DNA of 64,000 nucleotides, taken from positions 1-64,000 of the forward strand of contig MCFE01000260.1 of the NCBI GenBank assembly GCA_002104905.1, read 5' to 3'. The stretch is from Basidiobolus meristosporus CBS 931.73 (Eukaryota; Fungi; Basidiobolomycota). The position numbers and the translations under genes are program-made. The notes under the pieces were generated by a model that was given only the letters and a program-made list of their open reading frames with translations, was not told where the DNA came from and did not search any database. Shown here piece after piece: positions 1 through 13,397 of the stretch; the first letter of the stretch is position 1, and each line of letters begins with the position of its first letter.

Positions 1-164
1 ATCTCTCCTGATTTCACATAGACTCGGTGATGTTTTGTCTTCCCCCCCCCCAGGCATAATAATGCCATGGTAGGATGCCATTACAAACCTGTCTTCACCG
101 TCTACGCAGTTGCTGTTGAAGGGCCATAAATACCCTCTGCCTGGCGGTTGGGACAGCAACAACC

Positions 165-652
165 ATGCCCTTCACTCGCAATACTAAGCGCCGCTTCACT
201 GTTAGCTTGCGCTTGATCAGAACAGTGTCCAATCTGATCAGTGCCTCTTCAGGGATGGACTCTAGCTTCTATGAGGCCATTCAGGAGAATGACTACCAAC
301 GCATCTTGATCCTGGCCACCAGCAGAAAGGAGGAGAGTCTTCTCCATATGATTGATGGTAGGGCTCAGCTACTCTCGCTTGCATTTGCAATTGTTTGTTA
401 ACGTTCATCGTTGCAGAGCTGGGCCATACGCAGGATGCACTCTTCGACTCATTGAATGCCCTCATCTCAGAGTGGGAGGCAATGGACTATGAAGAAGGGG
501 ATCTCTTGGGGGAGATCTGTGACGGAAACGGCCTATTCCAGGAGATGGATTGTGGAATCGATTCCATATCGGCCATTGTGGATTCCAGCTGGAGCTGCCA
601 TGATCAAGCAGAGATAGATATGGTGATCGAGCTGATGGCCAATTTTGATTAG
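165..652 (+). CDS. Hypothetical two-exon protein, 142 aa, acidic C-terminal half; join(165..357,417..652)
   Basis: The two ORF-track fragments join in frame (..HMID-E-LGHTQ..) if a 59-nt intron GTAGGG...GTTAAC...TTGCAG (358-416) is removed. A TATA-like CATAAATA lies ~35 nt upstream of the ATG. No family recognised. Confidence 0.5.
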
Positions 653-772
653 TTTTTGGGTATTGGTTTCATTTATGGGCCATAATTTTGATAAACCACA
701 TCAAATTAGATAAACATCACGCTATATTACCAATGAGCACTTTGAAGATTGAATATCCTCAGAGAGTGGAGA

Positions 773-1083
773 GTGCAACTCAGTCACTTAGATTATTGTC
801 TACAAACCTTAGTGAATTCTGGCCAAATTGCTTGTAGGGATTTACTTCGAATGTTTTCAGCAAAATATCATGTACCTAGTACATGAGAAATGATACTTTG
901 TCTAAATAGCTCCAAGCTTTGTACACCTGCTTTTGGAACCTTTCTAGGCATATTCCGTGTCTGTTTTGGATGACCATGCAAGAGTACAAATACCATATTT
1001 ACATTGAACAAATCATCAATTTAAAACAACATAATTTACTGGTTATCCCAATCAATTTTAATATCTCCTACACTCTTACAACA
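773..1083 (+). mobile_element. Heavily decayed LTR of copia family A (approximate start)
   Basis: Colinear with the 349-bp LTR at 15692-16040 (e.g. CAGTCACTTAGAT, CCAAATT, ends ...CTCTTACAACA). Confidence 0.6.
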
Positions 1084-1434
1084 GTAAGAGCACTCTTCAG
1101 GGCCACATGCCCCTGCAACATGGGCAGTATGAGTGATTCATGTCTGGCTAACTTGCAGTCTAGTTGGAGAAGTAAAGGTAAGCTCCTTGAATAATTCAAA
1201 GATGAGCTTCATACTCTGAAATACCTATTGTGTTCATCCATGCAATACACATCCAATGCCTATGAATATTTGTGATCTACCCTTGCATATTGCAATAGGG
1301 TTCCATTCCAAATTGAATGTGCAGGCAAAGCTCACCCTTTATTACTGTTGTAAAAATATGTCCCCATCTGACTACTCACCTACATTGGTTGCTTGGATTA
1401 TTAGTTACAAATATAAGAGAATACCAACCAAATT

Positions 1435-1565
1435 TCTTGATGGGACTTACTTGAAATTCTCTCACAAAAAAATCAGGTATCAAGAACATAAGAAATCTCA
1501 GAGCTTTCCAACCAGCCCCAAACTTTGCACTCATGTTCTTGGGATCTCCCCAAACATATTTGATG
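1435..1565 (+). mobile_element. Internal fragment of a copia-A LTR (approximate)
   Basis: CCAGCCCCAAACTTTGCACTCATGTTCTTGGGA matches the LTR core at 15860-15895. Confidence 0.5.
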
Positions 1566-1592
1566 AATGATGAACTTTTAGTTGAGTGGGAA

Positions 1593-1938
1593 TGTTGTAG
1601 AAATTTGTAATTCCACCTAGATATCCACCTATCTTAGTCACTTAGAGCATTGCATATCAATCTTTTTGAGTAGTGACCAAATTCCTTGTTGGGATTTACT
1701 CTGAATATTCTCACCAAAATATCATATACCCAGAGCATGGAGATTCTCAAAGTTATCTAAACAGCCCCGAACTTTACACATGCTCTTGAGACCTTTCTTG
1801 GCATATTTGATGTGCTTTCTTTGCCAAGAGTATGTAAACGTATAAATACTACTTTTGCATTCAACAAATCATCAAGTAAACACCACATAATTTACTTGTT
1901 CCTAAATCACTCCTAATATTTCCAGGACTCTCACAATA
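1593..1938 (+). mobile_element. Decayed copia-A 3'-type LTR preceded by a PPT-like tract
   Basis: Starts TGTTGTAG after GAGTGGGAA (compare GAGTGGGAG|TGTTGTA at 20018-20033). Colinear with LTR-A over ~346 bp and ends CTCTCACAATA. Confidence 0.75.
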
Positions 1939-4272
1939 GGGTCTTGGTATGATTGCAGTTATGCAGAAAAGATTGCAGATTTTGAATACTGCCAGGGATT
2001 CACTTTGCTAGTAGTGTTCAGGCAAAATTTCAAGTAATTATTTCAGTATTTAGCAATCATCTAGGTAGGATTTGAGATATAGGATCAATTTGGGTTCAAA
2101 ACTAAATAATCTTAGCCATCTATAGGTTGTGGTGGAGGGAGTAGTGGGTTGTTTTTTGTACAATCTATTATGTGCTATTAACTCCTGTGAAGAACCAGTC
2201 ATTTTGACCAATATCTTTGTATGCATTCCTTCTTCTGATTAGCATGATTTACGCAAAACTAGATGCCTCACTTAACAAAGATACTGTTAAATCAATCCAC
2301 CAGATCTAGGGCCCAAAATCATTTCACCAATATTTGGCAAAGTAATTGCCAGGATCCCTAGATGTGTTTGGTGCCGTATCCTGGGGAACATGTGCAGGAG
2401 TAGCATTTCAGGCTAGTGAGGAAAGTATCCCTTGTAACTCAAGCATGAGCTTGAACCTGACTCGTAATGTAGCTTCGTTTTTATGTTGCCAGTTACCATT
2501 GATAATTGAGCCTGTATTATGCCCTCATTTAAGCTTGCATTGTACCTTGTGAAGGTGCTGTCTAGCCATTTCTCAACCAGATATGGCTCTTGTTTGTCAT
2601 TATGATTAAAAGTACATATGTTTGTTGGAGTGGACGTTCCCATCTAGTTTCTCGTGTGAAATCCACAGCCTCGGGTGCTACGTTGATGCATATGTGACAA
2701 CTGGCTACCATGCTCAGTAATTTAATTACAATCTAAGGTACCATTTGCCAACATGAAGTAATATCAGGTATATGTTGTATTCTCCATACGCCAATGGATG
2801 ATGGAAAGGAGCGACAAACTGGATCTAGCCATAACCGCCAAATCCTGCTAATCTCTTCAATGCACTGCTTTGTCGGGCAATGCCCCAGCTTTAGCCGAGG
2901 GCACCAGGAGCACTACACTGGATTTTCGTTTTTCCTCGGGGATTCGTAGCTTTTCACTGCAGTACCCGCGAGGTCATCAAATTCTATCTATGTGACCAAT
3001 CAACTTTTCCCCTGACGGGTCACGATATTGAAAGTGTGTTTCGATCTCATGCCGAAGTAACGAGGTTTCACATGTTTGGCAAGACAAATGCCTTCATCTA
3101 TGTGCATGGCAGCGTAGTAACAGCACTCATGGGTCCCCACTCTCTAAAAGACATGCAGCGGAGGAGCCTAGCACACACTTGGTGATGAATGCTTTAGAGC
3201 CAAGTATCCTTGTATGAAGGCCAACTCTGCACGGAAGCATCCAAGAACATATGGTAAATCTCCGCGCATATCTGGCACCGTTACTTCCAGAACATGACTG
3301 GCGGTAATTGCCTATGCTTCAGGAAACGAGATGGAGGCCAACGGCACCGCCCTGAAAACCCTTGTGTCACTGATTACACTTTATCTGAACCTGGCTCAGC
3401 CAATGCCTCCCAAGGGTGGCAATCAAGCGCCATGCCGATTAAGCAATATTATGGCCAAGAATATTCTCTGCCGTGCAAGTACCTCGCTAGCAGCTGATGA
3501 TGGCAATTGCCACTTACCCGGGCCAGAAAGTACACAAGTAGCCTGATAGGTTGCAGCCGCCCTTCTTGAGCATTCCGCATGACTGATGGGCTGCGCAACA
3601 ACCGCCGGATTCACGCACATGATCAACAATCATCAATGCCCACTACACCAGTAGATCGAACAAACAAATGGAAAGCAGATTCACGATATGGCAAAATGAT
3701 AAACATAAAGGAACAAAGCAAGCCCAATCAGGCAGAACGCGGATGAGCAGTGATTCGACGGGATACAGATGCAATTGGCCGAGTAAATGGATCTTCCATC
3801 CTGGTGTCACCGAACCAGGTTGGCTCTATCGATGATTTGTGGCTTGGAGAAGTGATGCAGGTAGCAACCAGATCTGGATCCAGGGCAGAATCCGATCAGG
3901 CGAATTGCGTCAAGAAACCGAATCCCGACCATCCACGTCAGGTCTACAGGCAGGCTCGGGAGCAGCCAAGTTGTTCGATGGATTTGCGACCGAGTGTTTA
4001 TTTAGTTCACCAGTAAAAAGCTGTATAGGAAAATCACTAGCAAAACTCAACATGTATGGAGGGGAGGAACGGGAAGCGGCAAGGTGTGAGACTTAGGCGT
4101 GGGTGTGGGATGAAGGGAGGAATGAGCAGCGGTGGTTCATCCCAAGAAGCCCATTGAGTGAAACTAATCGATGGGAGGACCAACCTTTGGCTCAGACAGA
4201 GATATGGAATTGATGGAGATCGAAGGGAGAGAACTTGCGTAGAATACGATGGTTGCTGGCTAGGTGAGCTGC

Positions 4273-5202
4273 TTAGTTCTCCTCCTTGTCGGCTTCAGCA
4301 CCGTCTTCTTCTTTCTCCTCGGCTTGCTCTAAAAGACAGGGGTCAGCATCCAGCATGGGATTCAACAAGATGGATACAACTTACCGGCTTCCTGAATGTC
4401 AGAGGTCCAGAGTGTGAGGTTGTCTCGGAGGAGCTGCATGATCAGAGTACTATCCTTATAGCTTTCCTCACTGAGGGTATCAAGTTCGGCAATAGCATCA
4501 TCAAAGGCTTGCTTGGCCAAGTGGCATGCGCGATCGGGAGAGTTGAGAATTTCATAGTAGAAGACAGAGAAGTTGAGGGCAAGACCAAGACGGATGGGGT
4601 GGGTTGGTGCAAGCTCGGTGACGGAGACGTCACTGGCAGCCTTGTAGGCCTCGAGGGATTTTTCGGAGGTTTCCTTTCTCTTTTCGCTGGTAGCGAATTC
4701 GGAGAGATAACGATAATAATCACCCTTCATCTTGAGGTAGAAGACCTTGGATTCGCCGTCAGTAGCTTTGGGGACAAGATGCTCCTCGAGGACGCTCAGG
4801 ATGTCCTCGCAGATTTTGGCGAGCTCCTCCTCGATCTTGGATCTGTAGTCACGGATCTTGACGACGTGCTGCTCATTGCCCTTGTGCTCCTCCTTTTGCT
4901 CGATGGAGGAAACAATGCGCCAGGAGGCACGGCGGGCGCCGATGACATTCTTGTAGGCCACGGACAACAGGTTGCGCTCCTCGATGTTCAACTCTTGGTC
5001 TGAGCAAGCAACCTTCTTCATGTTCTCAACCATCTCTGTTTAAAGTGGGGCAAATAAGTATACCTGAGAACAAAACCGGATGACGACTACCTGACAAGCA
5101 GGGCACTCTACGCCTCGAAGTCTAAAGGAACCTACCATCGTATCTCTCGGCCTGTTCGGCAAGCTTGGCAAAGTAAACGTACTCGGCTCTGTTGGTTTCC
5201 AT
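4273..5202 (-). CDS. BMH1: 14-3-3 protein (BMH1/BMH2/Rad24-like), 257 aa; complement(join(4273..4328,4385..5035,5136..5202))
   Basis: Canonical motifs [86 protein letters not shown]. Both GT-AG introns (100 and 56 nt) keep the frame. The paralogue name is family-level only. Confidence 0.97.
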
Positions 5203-7709
5203 GGTTTGCTGATGTGGTGGTGAAGGTGGGAGTATTCGAAAACAGGTGAAAGAAAGGAAGAACTTGAATGGGATGATATTGAGATGGCGATTTTGCACTA
5301 TGCCCACAACAATACGGATGGCCCAAAGATCTGATACGACTCGGGATAAAGAGTCGGATAAAATTGGGGAGATCTGGAAAAACCAGATTTACGGGGAATC
5401 CAGTCGTGAGTTTGGAATCGAGCAATGCGACACAAAATAAATTGCTAAACTCTATCGAGAACGAAGAGCAACGCAGCACACAGTGCTGGGTTGTCAGCAG
5501 AGCAAATCCTAGCCACAAGCTGGTTCCTGCTGTGGTGGGATGCGTTTGTCTTGCGGGAATTGGCCAGGCGCAACCTCAGAGTCCGGTCCCCATCACCCGC
5601 GCCGACCCCAAGCTGATCACAACTCCATGATTCAAGGAATGATCCGGAATACCCCTACTTCCCAATTTGATTGGCTCAAGTCCTTGCATAAATGAGGGTG
5701 CGACACCGAGCTTGACTATCGGGAAAACGATTTGTTCTATTGGGCCAGAGATCGGACCTAGATTGGGATGTGGTGTTCGCTGCCAACCGCCATAAGATCG
5801 GTCCATGGAGCGCATCTGCGCGAGCAAACTAAATTTATCCTGATTCTGGAAATGGGGCAGTGGCAATGAAAACAATGATCTGAATGTCTAATGCGGAAAC
5901 AGATTAGCGGATGCTATCCCACCACAAGCACGAGTCGCTGCGAGTGCATTGGCCTGTACACAGTGGTCTTGATGAAAGGCCTCACATCGCCGCCACGGAT
6001 GCTCAGCGTCCGCTGGCTGGCTCGCGCCTTCCGGGGGTTGTCCGCAAACGCTGCCTCTTGGTAAGGATTGCTCCTGAGAAAGTGCGGGGGCTGCTCTGGC
6101 AACATGCGGGCAAGGAGACAGTGAATGCTATGCACGCATGCATTTGAACGAGCCTTACATGGACCGGGTTGAACGGGGACGGCGCGCACCCTATTGGCGA
6201 GAGGCGTACATCACGCCTTGGGTCATGTAAAGCTTATGTACCATTTACAAATAATGTGGAACTGGAGTAAACAGATCAAGGTCGCAATCACAGCAAATCA
6301 TGCTGCTCTTCTCGTTAGTGTTTGTGGTATAAGCGCATTGCACATGATGGCTAGGCTATCCCATTGGCGGAACGCAGATTGGCCAGGAATCGGCTCCCTC
6401 CCAATCATGAGCGAGGATTGCACACCGCTGCAGCCCCTATGCCGGCAGTGAGGGATCTACAAGGAGCCGCCTGGCTGTTCCTGCATCGACTAGGTAGAAC
6501 ATCCAATATACGGCTGGGGCATTGTCGTTGCAACAAGCAATCTTGAATGGAAGTGAAACAAGGGAACCCATGGGCACCTCGCCTCCGGTGCGTGGCGACC
6601 CCCGCGCGGCAGCGGTTCATCCACCACCTTGGTCGAAGGCAACGGCTGCTCCGCAGGGCGGTGGCCGATGGCGAAGGAGGTCCAGCAAGCTACCGCGCTC
6701 GACGGATCTGACCTGAAGCGATTCCCGCGAACATGGAGCGGCGGCATCCGAAGCGCATCACACCTCATTTCCCAGACCAAACACTATCGCCCAGGTGCAC
6801 AGGTGTCTGCGAAAGGCTCTATATGGGAAGGTGGCAGGAAGCCAGCTGGCGCAAATTAAATCCACGTTTCATGGGTTGTTGGGCAGATCCTCAGCAACGC
6901 CTTCCACTGGCTCTCTGGTGGGTACAAATGATGCGGTTACTGGGGATAATCTGATCGCTTGGCCGCCTTGGATCGCATTTCAACCTTCTCAGCTGACGCT
7001 GGCGTGTCGGCTGAAAGTCGGTTTCCAGCATGCCGCCTCGAGACCACAGTCCCCATGAATGCTTATTGAGTATTTCATTAAGGTTTTGCGGGTTGCTTAA
7101 AAAGGCAGGATGCATTAATTACCAAGGACTGAATCGAGGAAATTTAGGACACCTTAATTTAATCGAGTGGAATGGTGACTGGCCGAGGGGATATTACCAA
7201 ATTGTGGTGTAACTTCGCTACCAAGGGAAACGCAGATGCATGACCAGTAAAATCTTGCTCAACCATTCGATTTATTATTCTTCTCAATCCGCCATGTCGA
7301 TTTTCGCCAACATTGTTTTCCCTCATATCATTCTGAGTAAGACTACCCTGACCCCTTTCACCTCACCTCCCCTTCACCCACATCCCTGGACTGCCCCCCA
7401 CTTTCTCCAAATTCTCTTTTTTCTACTCGCATCCCGAGTTGCTTATCTTTTTCACTTCGGCCACTCTGATCTTGCTATTGTTCTCTCTTCGAGGTCTTCC
7501 CATCTTTGATCATCCCCACTGTTAGCACTCTTCTCTAGTAGGAACTGGGTGCGTCGTAGCCTTACTGTCCAACTACCTTGAGCTCCACTCTTACCAACCA
7601 TCCCCTTCCACCCCTCCTCCAGATCCCTAGCACGGAACCGTTGTTGTTCCTGTTCTTCATCAGCTTACTTGAAGTAAGTTAGCAGCAACAGTCTTTTTGC
7701 ATTTCTCAG

Positions 7710-10326
7710 ATGACTACAGTACACAAAGAGCGTTTGTTTGAAGCACCCCCTCCTTATTCCAAAAACTCGCACTCTGAACTCGGACACCCTGGGCTGACCC
7801 GCAAAACCTCCACCACCATTACCACATTCACCAGAACCTTCAACCAAAGCCAGAGCTCTGTTTGCATTGAGCTTGGTGATGGCAAGATGATCTCCGTTCT
7901 TGATAAGCAAACCCAGCCCTCCAATACCTCCGGGATCCCTCAATCCTCCAAGCTCCCAGCTGCCCAGCTATTCAACCACGCACTGAACAGGAAAGCCTCC
8001 AAAGTCACTATCTCTGTCACGATTGAGGAGATCGATGAGCTGAACGGTGAGCACGCCCCAAGCGTGTTGACTTCCGGAGACAGGGCAGTGATGGAATCGC
8101 GTTGTAGTAAGTTCTGGCCTGCGGTGGCGGGTGAGCAGTATCTTCGTGTTGCCGGTACTAATCCAAAGCAATATAGTTTTATCCGAAGCACACCAAACCG
8201 CCACCAGTAGCTCACCTGTCATCTCATCGACGCTGGATTCGTCCAAGGAAATGGCCGTGATTACCACCGGGTCGAGCGATCCTGACTCCCGCTGCCTGGT
8301 TAAGAAAGGGCACATAAGCGGTACACATATCGCCAAGTAAGCTGTGTTCCCCCACACTCCACCCGGGAAACCAAACCTAACCAATTGTGCTCGTTTGGCT
8401 GTAGGGACGACACTCAGGACGAGCCGCTGCGACGTTACATGGCGGGATTGAACTTCGTAGGTCAGGCGATTGACATGGCCCTGAGGTAATTGGACGTTGA
8501 GAATCAGGGCGCGGACACCGAGGATACCTCTGGGGTCGCCAGTTTGGAATTGTCACTTACGTTCCTCTGCAGAAAATTCTTGGCTGACTATCAGCTGCCC
8601 AAGGAAGCCCAGCAAATCGATAGGGTGATGATTGCCTTTGCCAGAAGGTACCACCAGTGCAACGCCGATCTCTTTCCATCTCCAGGTACGAGGCCATGGC
8701 TGATCCAAGTGTCCCCACGCAACGTTACTAACCACGGATACCGCAGATGTGGTCTACTCGATCGCCTTTTCCTTGATGCTGTTACATACCGACGCCCACA
8801 ACAAGCATGTGAAGCAGAAGATGTCAAAAGAGCAGTACATCCGACAGACCCGAACCCTCGAGCAGGGGGATGTCATCGCGCCCGAGATTCTTGCTGTAAG
8901 CTGCTTCCCCGCAAAGACAGTTCCGTCCATTTTTGAAGGGTATGCTAATGACTCGCTCGTCTCTAGATCCTTTACGATAACATCACGTCGGCGCAGTTCC
9001 TGTACGCGGACGACATGAATAAGAAGCTCCCGAAACCGGCGAAATCCTCGTGGCTCAAGAAGGTGTGGGAGAAAAGCCAAGGCTCTCCACACAACCCGTA
9101 CAAAGTGATGCAGATGATGTCCACCCAGTTTGCCGCCGCGGTGCTTGCGTCCAAACTTAGTCTGTTCGAGCCGGACCGCGCTCAATACAGCTATCGCGGG
9201 TCCCAATCAGTGCTCCGGGAGGCCTTCCTGCGGACGGCGTTCAAGCTGAAGGTAGCGGGGGTCAAAACATACTTCCAGGGAACCATCACTGGCAGGCCAA
9301 TGTCCGGCCTCTCGATCACCGGCCCACAGGACCAGAGTAGCGGGGACTTCTCGATTCTGAAGTGTGCCAAGGAAGGCCTGGTGAGCCGCAAGTGCGACCT
9401 GATGGATGGTGGAAAGCGGGCGACCCGACGCAACTGGAAAGAGCTGTGGATGGTGCTGAGCGGCAGTCAGTTGATATTCTTCAACGACATCTCCTGGTTC
9501 AAGAATCCCAAGCACCGCTCCCCGAAGGGACACAGCGGGCCCACCGTAAGTGAATCAGCCAAAAGCATGGCCATGTATTGCAACAAGCTAATCCTGGCTC
9601 CAACCCTCCTGTAGTATCTAGCGCCCACGCCCAAGCCCCACTCGATCATTGCCACTGAGAACTGTATCTGTCTCATTGACAAAGACTACAATACCTATCC
9701 CAACGTTTTCCGATTTGTAACACCTACGGGCCGAGAGTACTTGTTCAGATATCATTCGGAGCACGAGATGATGGACTGGATGGCCAAGATCAACTACGCC
9801 GCCACCTTCAAGACGGTGGGGCTGAAGCCCCGAGGCGCCGATGAAGTTTCCACCCTCACAAGAAGCCCGAAGTTCGGCGCCACGCTGGCACCGGACTCTC
9901 GCGTGGCTTTCGAGGAAGGTGACCGTGATCGATGCAGACTTGTGCAGGTAAGTGCGCATTTCCACCATCGCTCGATCCGAGGATCCAGCTAACACCGCCA
10001 TCCCCCAGAACAAAATCAACGATCTAAGCGAGCGCATCATCCACTGTCAGGAAGCAGTCGAGACGGACGGACGACTCCAAAAGCAAATGTCCATCATGGT
10101 GCCACTACAGCGCCAGACCCAACAAAAGGCCATAGACACTGCCTCCGAAGTTAGCAAACGACTGAAGGAGACCTACCTGCAGCTGCAGAAGTGGGAGTGT
10201 TACAAAGAGATCTTGGAGGCGGATCTGGTCATTTCCAAGCTCGAGGAGGCGAAGCGACAAAAGATGACCGTCTTCATAGACGACCAACCGGAGCTGGAAA
10301 TCCTCTCGCCTTGCGAGGATGATTAA
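7710..10326 (+). CDS. Sec7-domain + PH-domain ARF guanine-nucleotide exchange factor (SYT1/EFA6-like architecture), multi-exon
   Basis: Spliced Sec7 motifs: [35 protein letters not shown] and DVVYSIAFSLMLLHTDAHNKHVKQKMSKEQYI. PH motifs: KEGLVSRK...RRNWKELWMVLSGSQL...PNVFRF...YLFRYHSEHEMMDWMAKINYAATFKT. Predicted coiled-coil tail. Introns start at about 8107, 8337, 8487, 8706, 8897, 9546 and 9948. The true N-terminus and first intron are uncertain. Confidence 0.88.
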
Positions 10327-11151
10327 CTCGATCCCTCCCCTTCCCTTCACCTCACGAAGTGTACACCCCCTCGCTCGACCATGCCAGCCTAGCCACCATC
10401 CCCACCTCTAACCATGGATACACCACCTCATCGTCTCGTTTTGTGCTTAATTGTAATATCACGAAATCCCATCCCCTTCCACGATCACCATGTGCCCCTC
10501 CGCACCCAACGCCCGTCTCGCTATAGTTCCCTTTAATTCCTGTCTCATTTTCATCCCTTTCCCTTATATGTATTGCACAGTACTCCATCACCTCATCGCG
10601 TGTTCTCCCTCCAGAATGGCGCAGTTAACCTTTCTAATCCCCGTTTCGTTGGGATCTTTGAACCTCTACCCACCCATCAGGATGCCACTTCGGCGAATAT
10701 GATTTTAATGAATTTCACTTGAAAGCCTGCAACCCAGAGTACTCCCCACTGAATGCCCCTCGCTGCCTGCCATTCTGGCCCAGCCCAGCCCACCCCACCC
10801 TTCCGGTGCTGGGCGGGCGATCCATACACCCCCCTCCTCCCACGTTCACCCGGGGCCAGCTCCCTCCAAATCGAACCCAAAACCTCCATAAATATGTTTC
10901 ACTGAGCCTTGCGTTGCTGGCGTTCCCTGCTCTCTAGGCACACGCAGCATGCGAGTGGGGTACTTTGAAAATCCTTTATTGATGCTTCGAGGACCATTAA
11001 AATACTGTAAACTCTATCGATGAATACCAAAAGTTTCGCCACAATCCCGGCCTAGTGGGTGTCATGGAATCGTGCGAGGACGTGTAGACGAGCCGACACA
11101 TCTTTCATGATTGGGAATGGTGGTGGTTGCCGTTGGGCCCCTCCAGCGGAT

Positions 11152-12701
11152 CTAGTTTTTCGCCTCGACCTCGGGCGCTACCTCCGCCTCCGCCTTGACC
11201 TTCTCGAAAATATGCCCTATCATCTTCAACGCCTGTGCCCTCTTCTTGATCACCGGTCGGGGACAGGAACGGTCACCCAGCACCTTGTCGCACACGTCGC
11301 GTATCACCGACTCTACCTCCAGCTTGCTTCCCCGCCAGATAGCATTTAATCCCTTTTGCGCCGCTTGCTCCTCAAGTGCTGCCCTGGCGTTGTCGTCCAA
11401 GCCCTTCTTGTCGGCGTCCTGGAGCTGAGTAAAGGTGCTCTGCATATCCATGGCTGACTTGATGGTGGAGTAGGTTTCCCCGATTATGTGGCTCTTCTCC
11501 CGGAACTGGTGGAAGTAGCGTCCGATCCCGAGGAATTCGTCCCGTCCCAGGCATTGGCGAGCCTTTAGGCTGTAGGTGTACCCGATGGCATGGAGAAGCT
11601 CAACACCGTACGATTCCGCCTGAAGATCGCTGGCCTCGTGTTGGATGAACGCTTTGAATTTGGCAATCGCCTCGGCATCCCCTGATGACTCGACAAACAT
11701 GGACAGTTTGCCGATCAGGTTCTCGGCCAGCTTGTTCACTCGCTCGGCGCGAGCTTTGGCTCGTTCCTCGTTCTGTTGATCCTCCCGTTTCTTCTTCTCC
11801 GCCTCACGCTCCTTCTTCTGCTCCGGGGTGAGTTCGGCCTCCTCCGCTTCCTCGCTAGGATCCTGGATGGCCTCCTTGAAGTCGCGGGCGATAGAGAGCT
11901 CTCCGATCCAGTCGACAAAACGGTCCCCTCCGAATTGCTGCTTGAAGAACTCGTCGGGGTCCGCTACATGAAACGAAACTTAGCAACCAAGCGAACAACC
12001 CGGATTCCTCATCCGGGGGGGGGAGGGTGACAACTTACCGAAACCGCCGTCGGGGGCGATGTTGTTTTGCGGGCCATATTCGTTGTACTTCTTACGGAGT
12101 ACGGGGTCGGAGAGGATCTGGTAAGCTTCCGAGATCTCCTTGAACTGCAATTGGCCAGTGACCAGGTTAGCTACTGGGCTCGTACGATGTGGTTCAAACT
12201 GGGTTGGGTGGGGACGTTACCTTTTCCTCGGCCCCAGCCTCTTGGCACTTGTCGGGGTGATACTTCATGGCCAGATTGTAGTACTTCTTCTTGATCTCAC
12301 CGGCAGTGGCGGTGGGGGACACTCCCAGAAGGTCGTAGTATTCGGTGGAGACTGGATTCTCATCTAGACTCGGGGAGTAGGGGATCAGTAAATGGCGGCG
12401 GGAAGGGGAATGGATTTGGGTTTAGAACTGGTAAAAGGACAAGCAGAACAGTACCTGTTCCGAAACGACGGGTACGCTCACCGGTGGCACCAGTGGTCGA
12501 CCCTGGTTTTTTGGCGTTCAAGGTGGTGTTCACATAAGACGAGGCGTCCACCTCGGATATGCTGCTGCACGAGTAGCACTGGACCTGAAGTTTGTCGAGG
12601 GGGGTTTGGTTGGGAAGTGGGAATTCCACCAGGATCTGGCATTTGTGGCACACTATGGTGGCATGCGCTGGCTTCTGCGAGAGGATGACTTGGGTGGACA
12701 T
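11152..12701 (-). CDS. J-domain (Hsp40) protein with DnaJ-X domain, Caj1/Djp1-like, ~435 aa; complement(join(11152..11963,12039..12144,12221..12363,12455..12701))
   Basis: J domain [33 protein letters not shown]...[14 protein letters not shown] with intact HPD. X-domain motifs [15 protein letters not shown] and [21 protein letters not shown]. Three GT-AG introns give a continuous 1308-nt CDS. Confidence 0.9.
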
Positions 12702-13397
12702 GGTGGGGGGGGGGTGCGTTCACTTGAAAACCGAGAGTGCGAAGGGCCATGGGTGCCCGAAGCGATATGAATTTCTTTCCCCCTCCCCTCCCCCGCTCAG
12801 CCAATCGCAGGGACCCAAAAATTTCCTGTTCTCCCGGATTTCTGATTGACGGAAGTCCCAGTAGATCCACGGATTCGAGTTCTCTCGAAATTTCCATCCA
12901 TCCGGCTCGTGAAGATGGCTGTCATAAACCCCCCTCCCCTCGCGATCGTATGCTACTGGCGGGTGGACGAGAATCGTGTGGGGTGGTCAGGTCGGAATAG
13001 GATCCGGCGCAATCTCATGGTACTGCGGCTGCGGGGAGGGTGGGGATCCCTCGGATCGAGCCGCAGGATACTCATCCGCCACGGCGAACTCCTGTAGGTG
13101 GATTCGTTTCGGTTCACGTCGATCGGACGTCCAGCAACTGGTGTTCAGCGCAGAGCGGCGATCGCCAAATATAATTCGTCGCTTGATTTGTATATATCAA
13201 TACAGCGAGGCACCAAATCCGATCATGCCCCGACCGATCTCCCTCGCGCCAGACCCGGGTCAGTCGGTGGGCCCAAACATAGGTGGGCCACCCAAATTTT
13301 CCGATCCATCCTAGGAATAAGTACATCCCCGTCGGGTGGAGTGCTCTCTCTTTCCCTGTTCTATATCCCTACGTGGTTGAAGGATTGAATCTTGAAA

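Noticed and set aside
4158-5003. 281-aa plus-strand ORF overlapping 14-3-3
   Set aside because: Antisense shadow of a strongly codon-biased gene; no recognisable motif.
5203-7709. Many 60-100 aa ORFs in the 2.5-kb region between 14-3-3 and the Sec7 gene
   Set aside because: Short, overlapping on both strands, no motifs or convincing splice pattern; expected by chance in GC-rich DNA. A decayed gene cannot be excluded.
7674-7709. Possible 36-nt 5' UTR intron before the Sec7 ATG
   Set aside because: Shorter than every other intron here; the donor may lie further upstream. Not supportable without RNA data.
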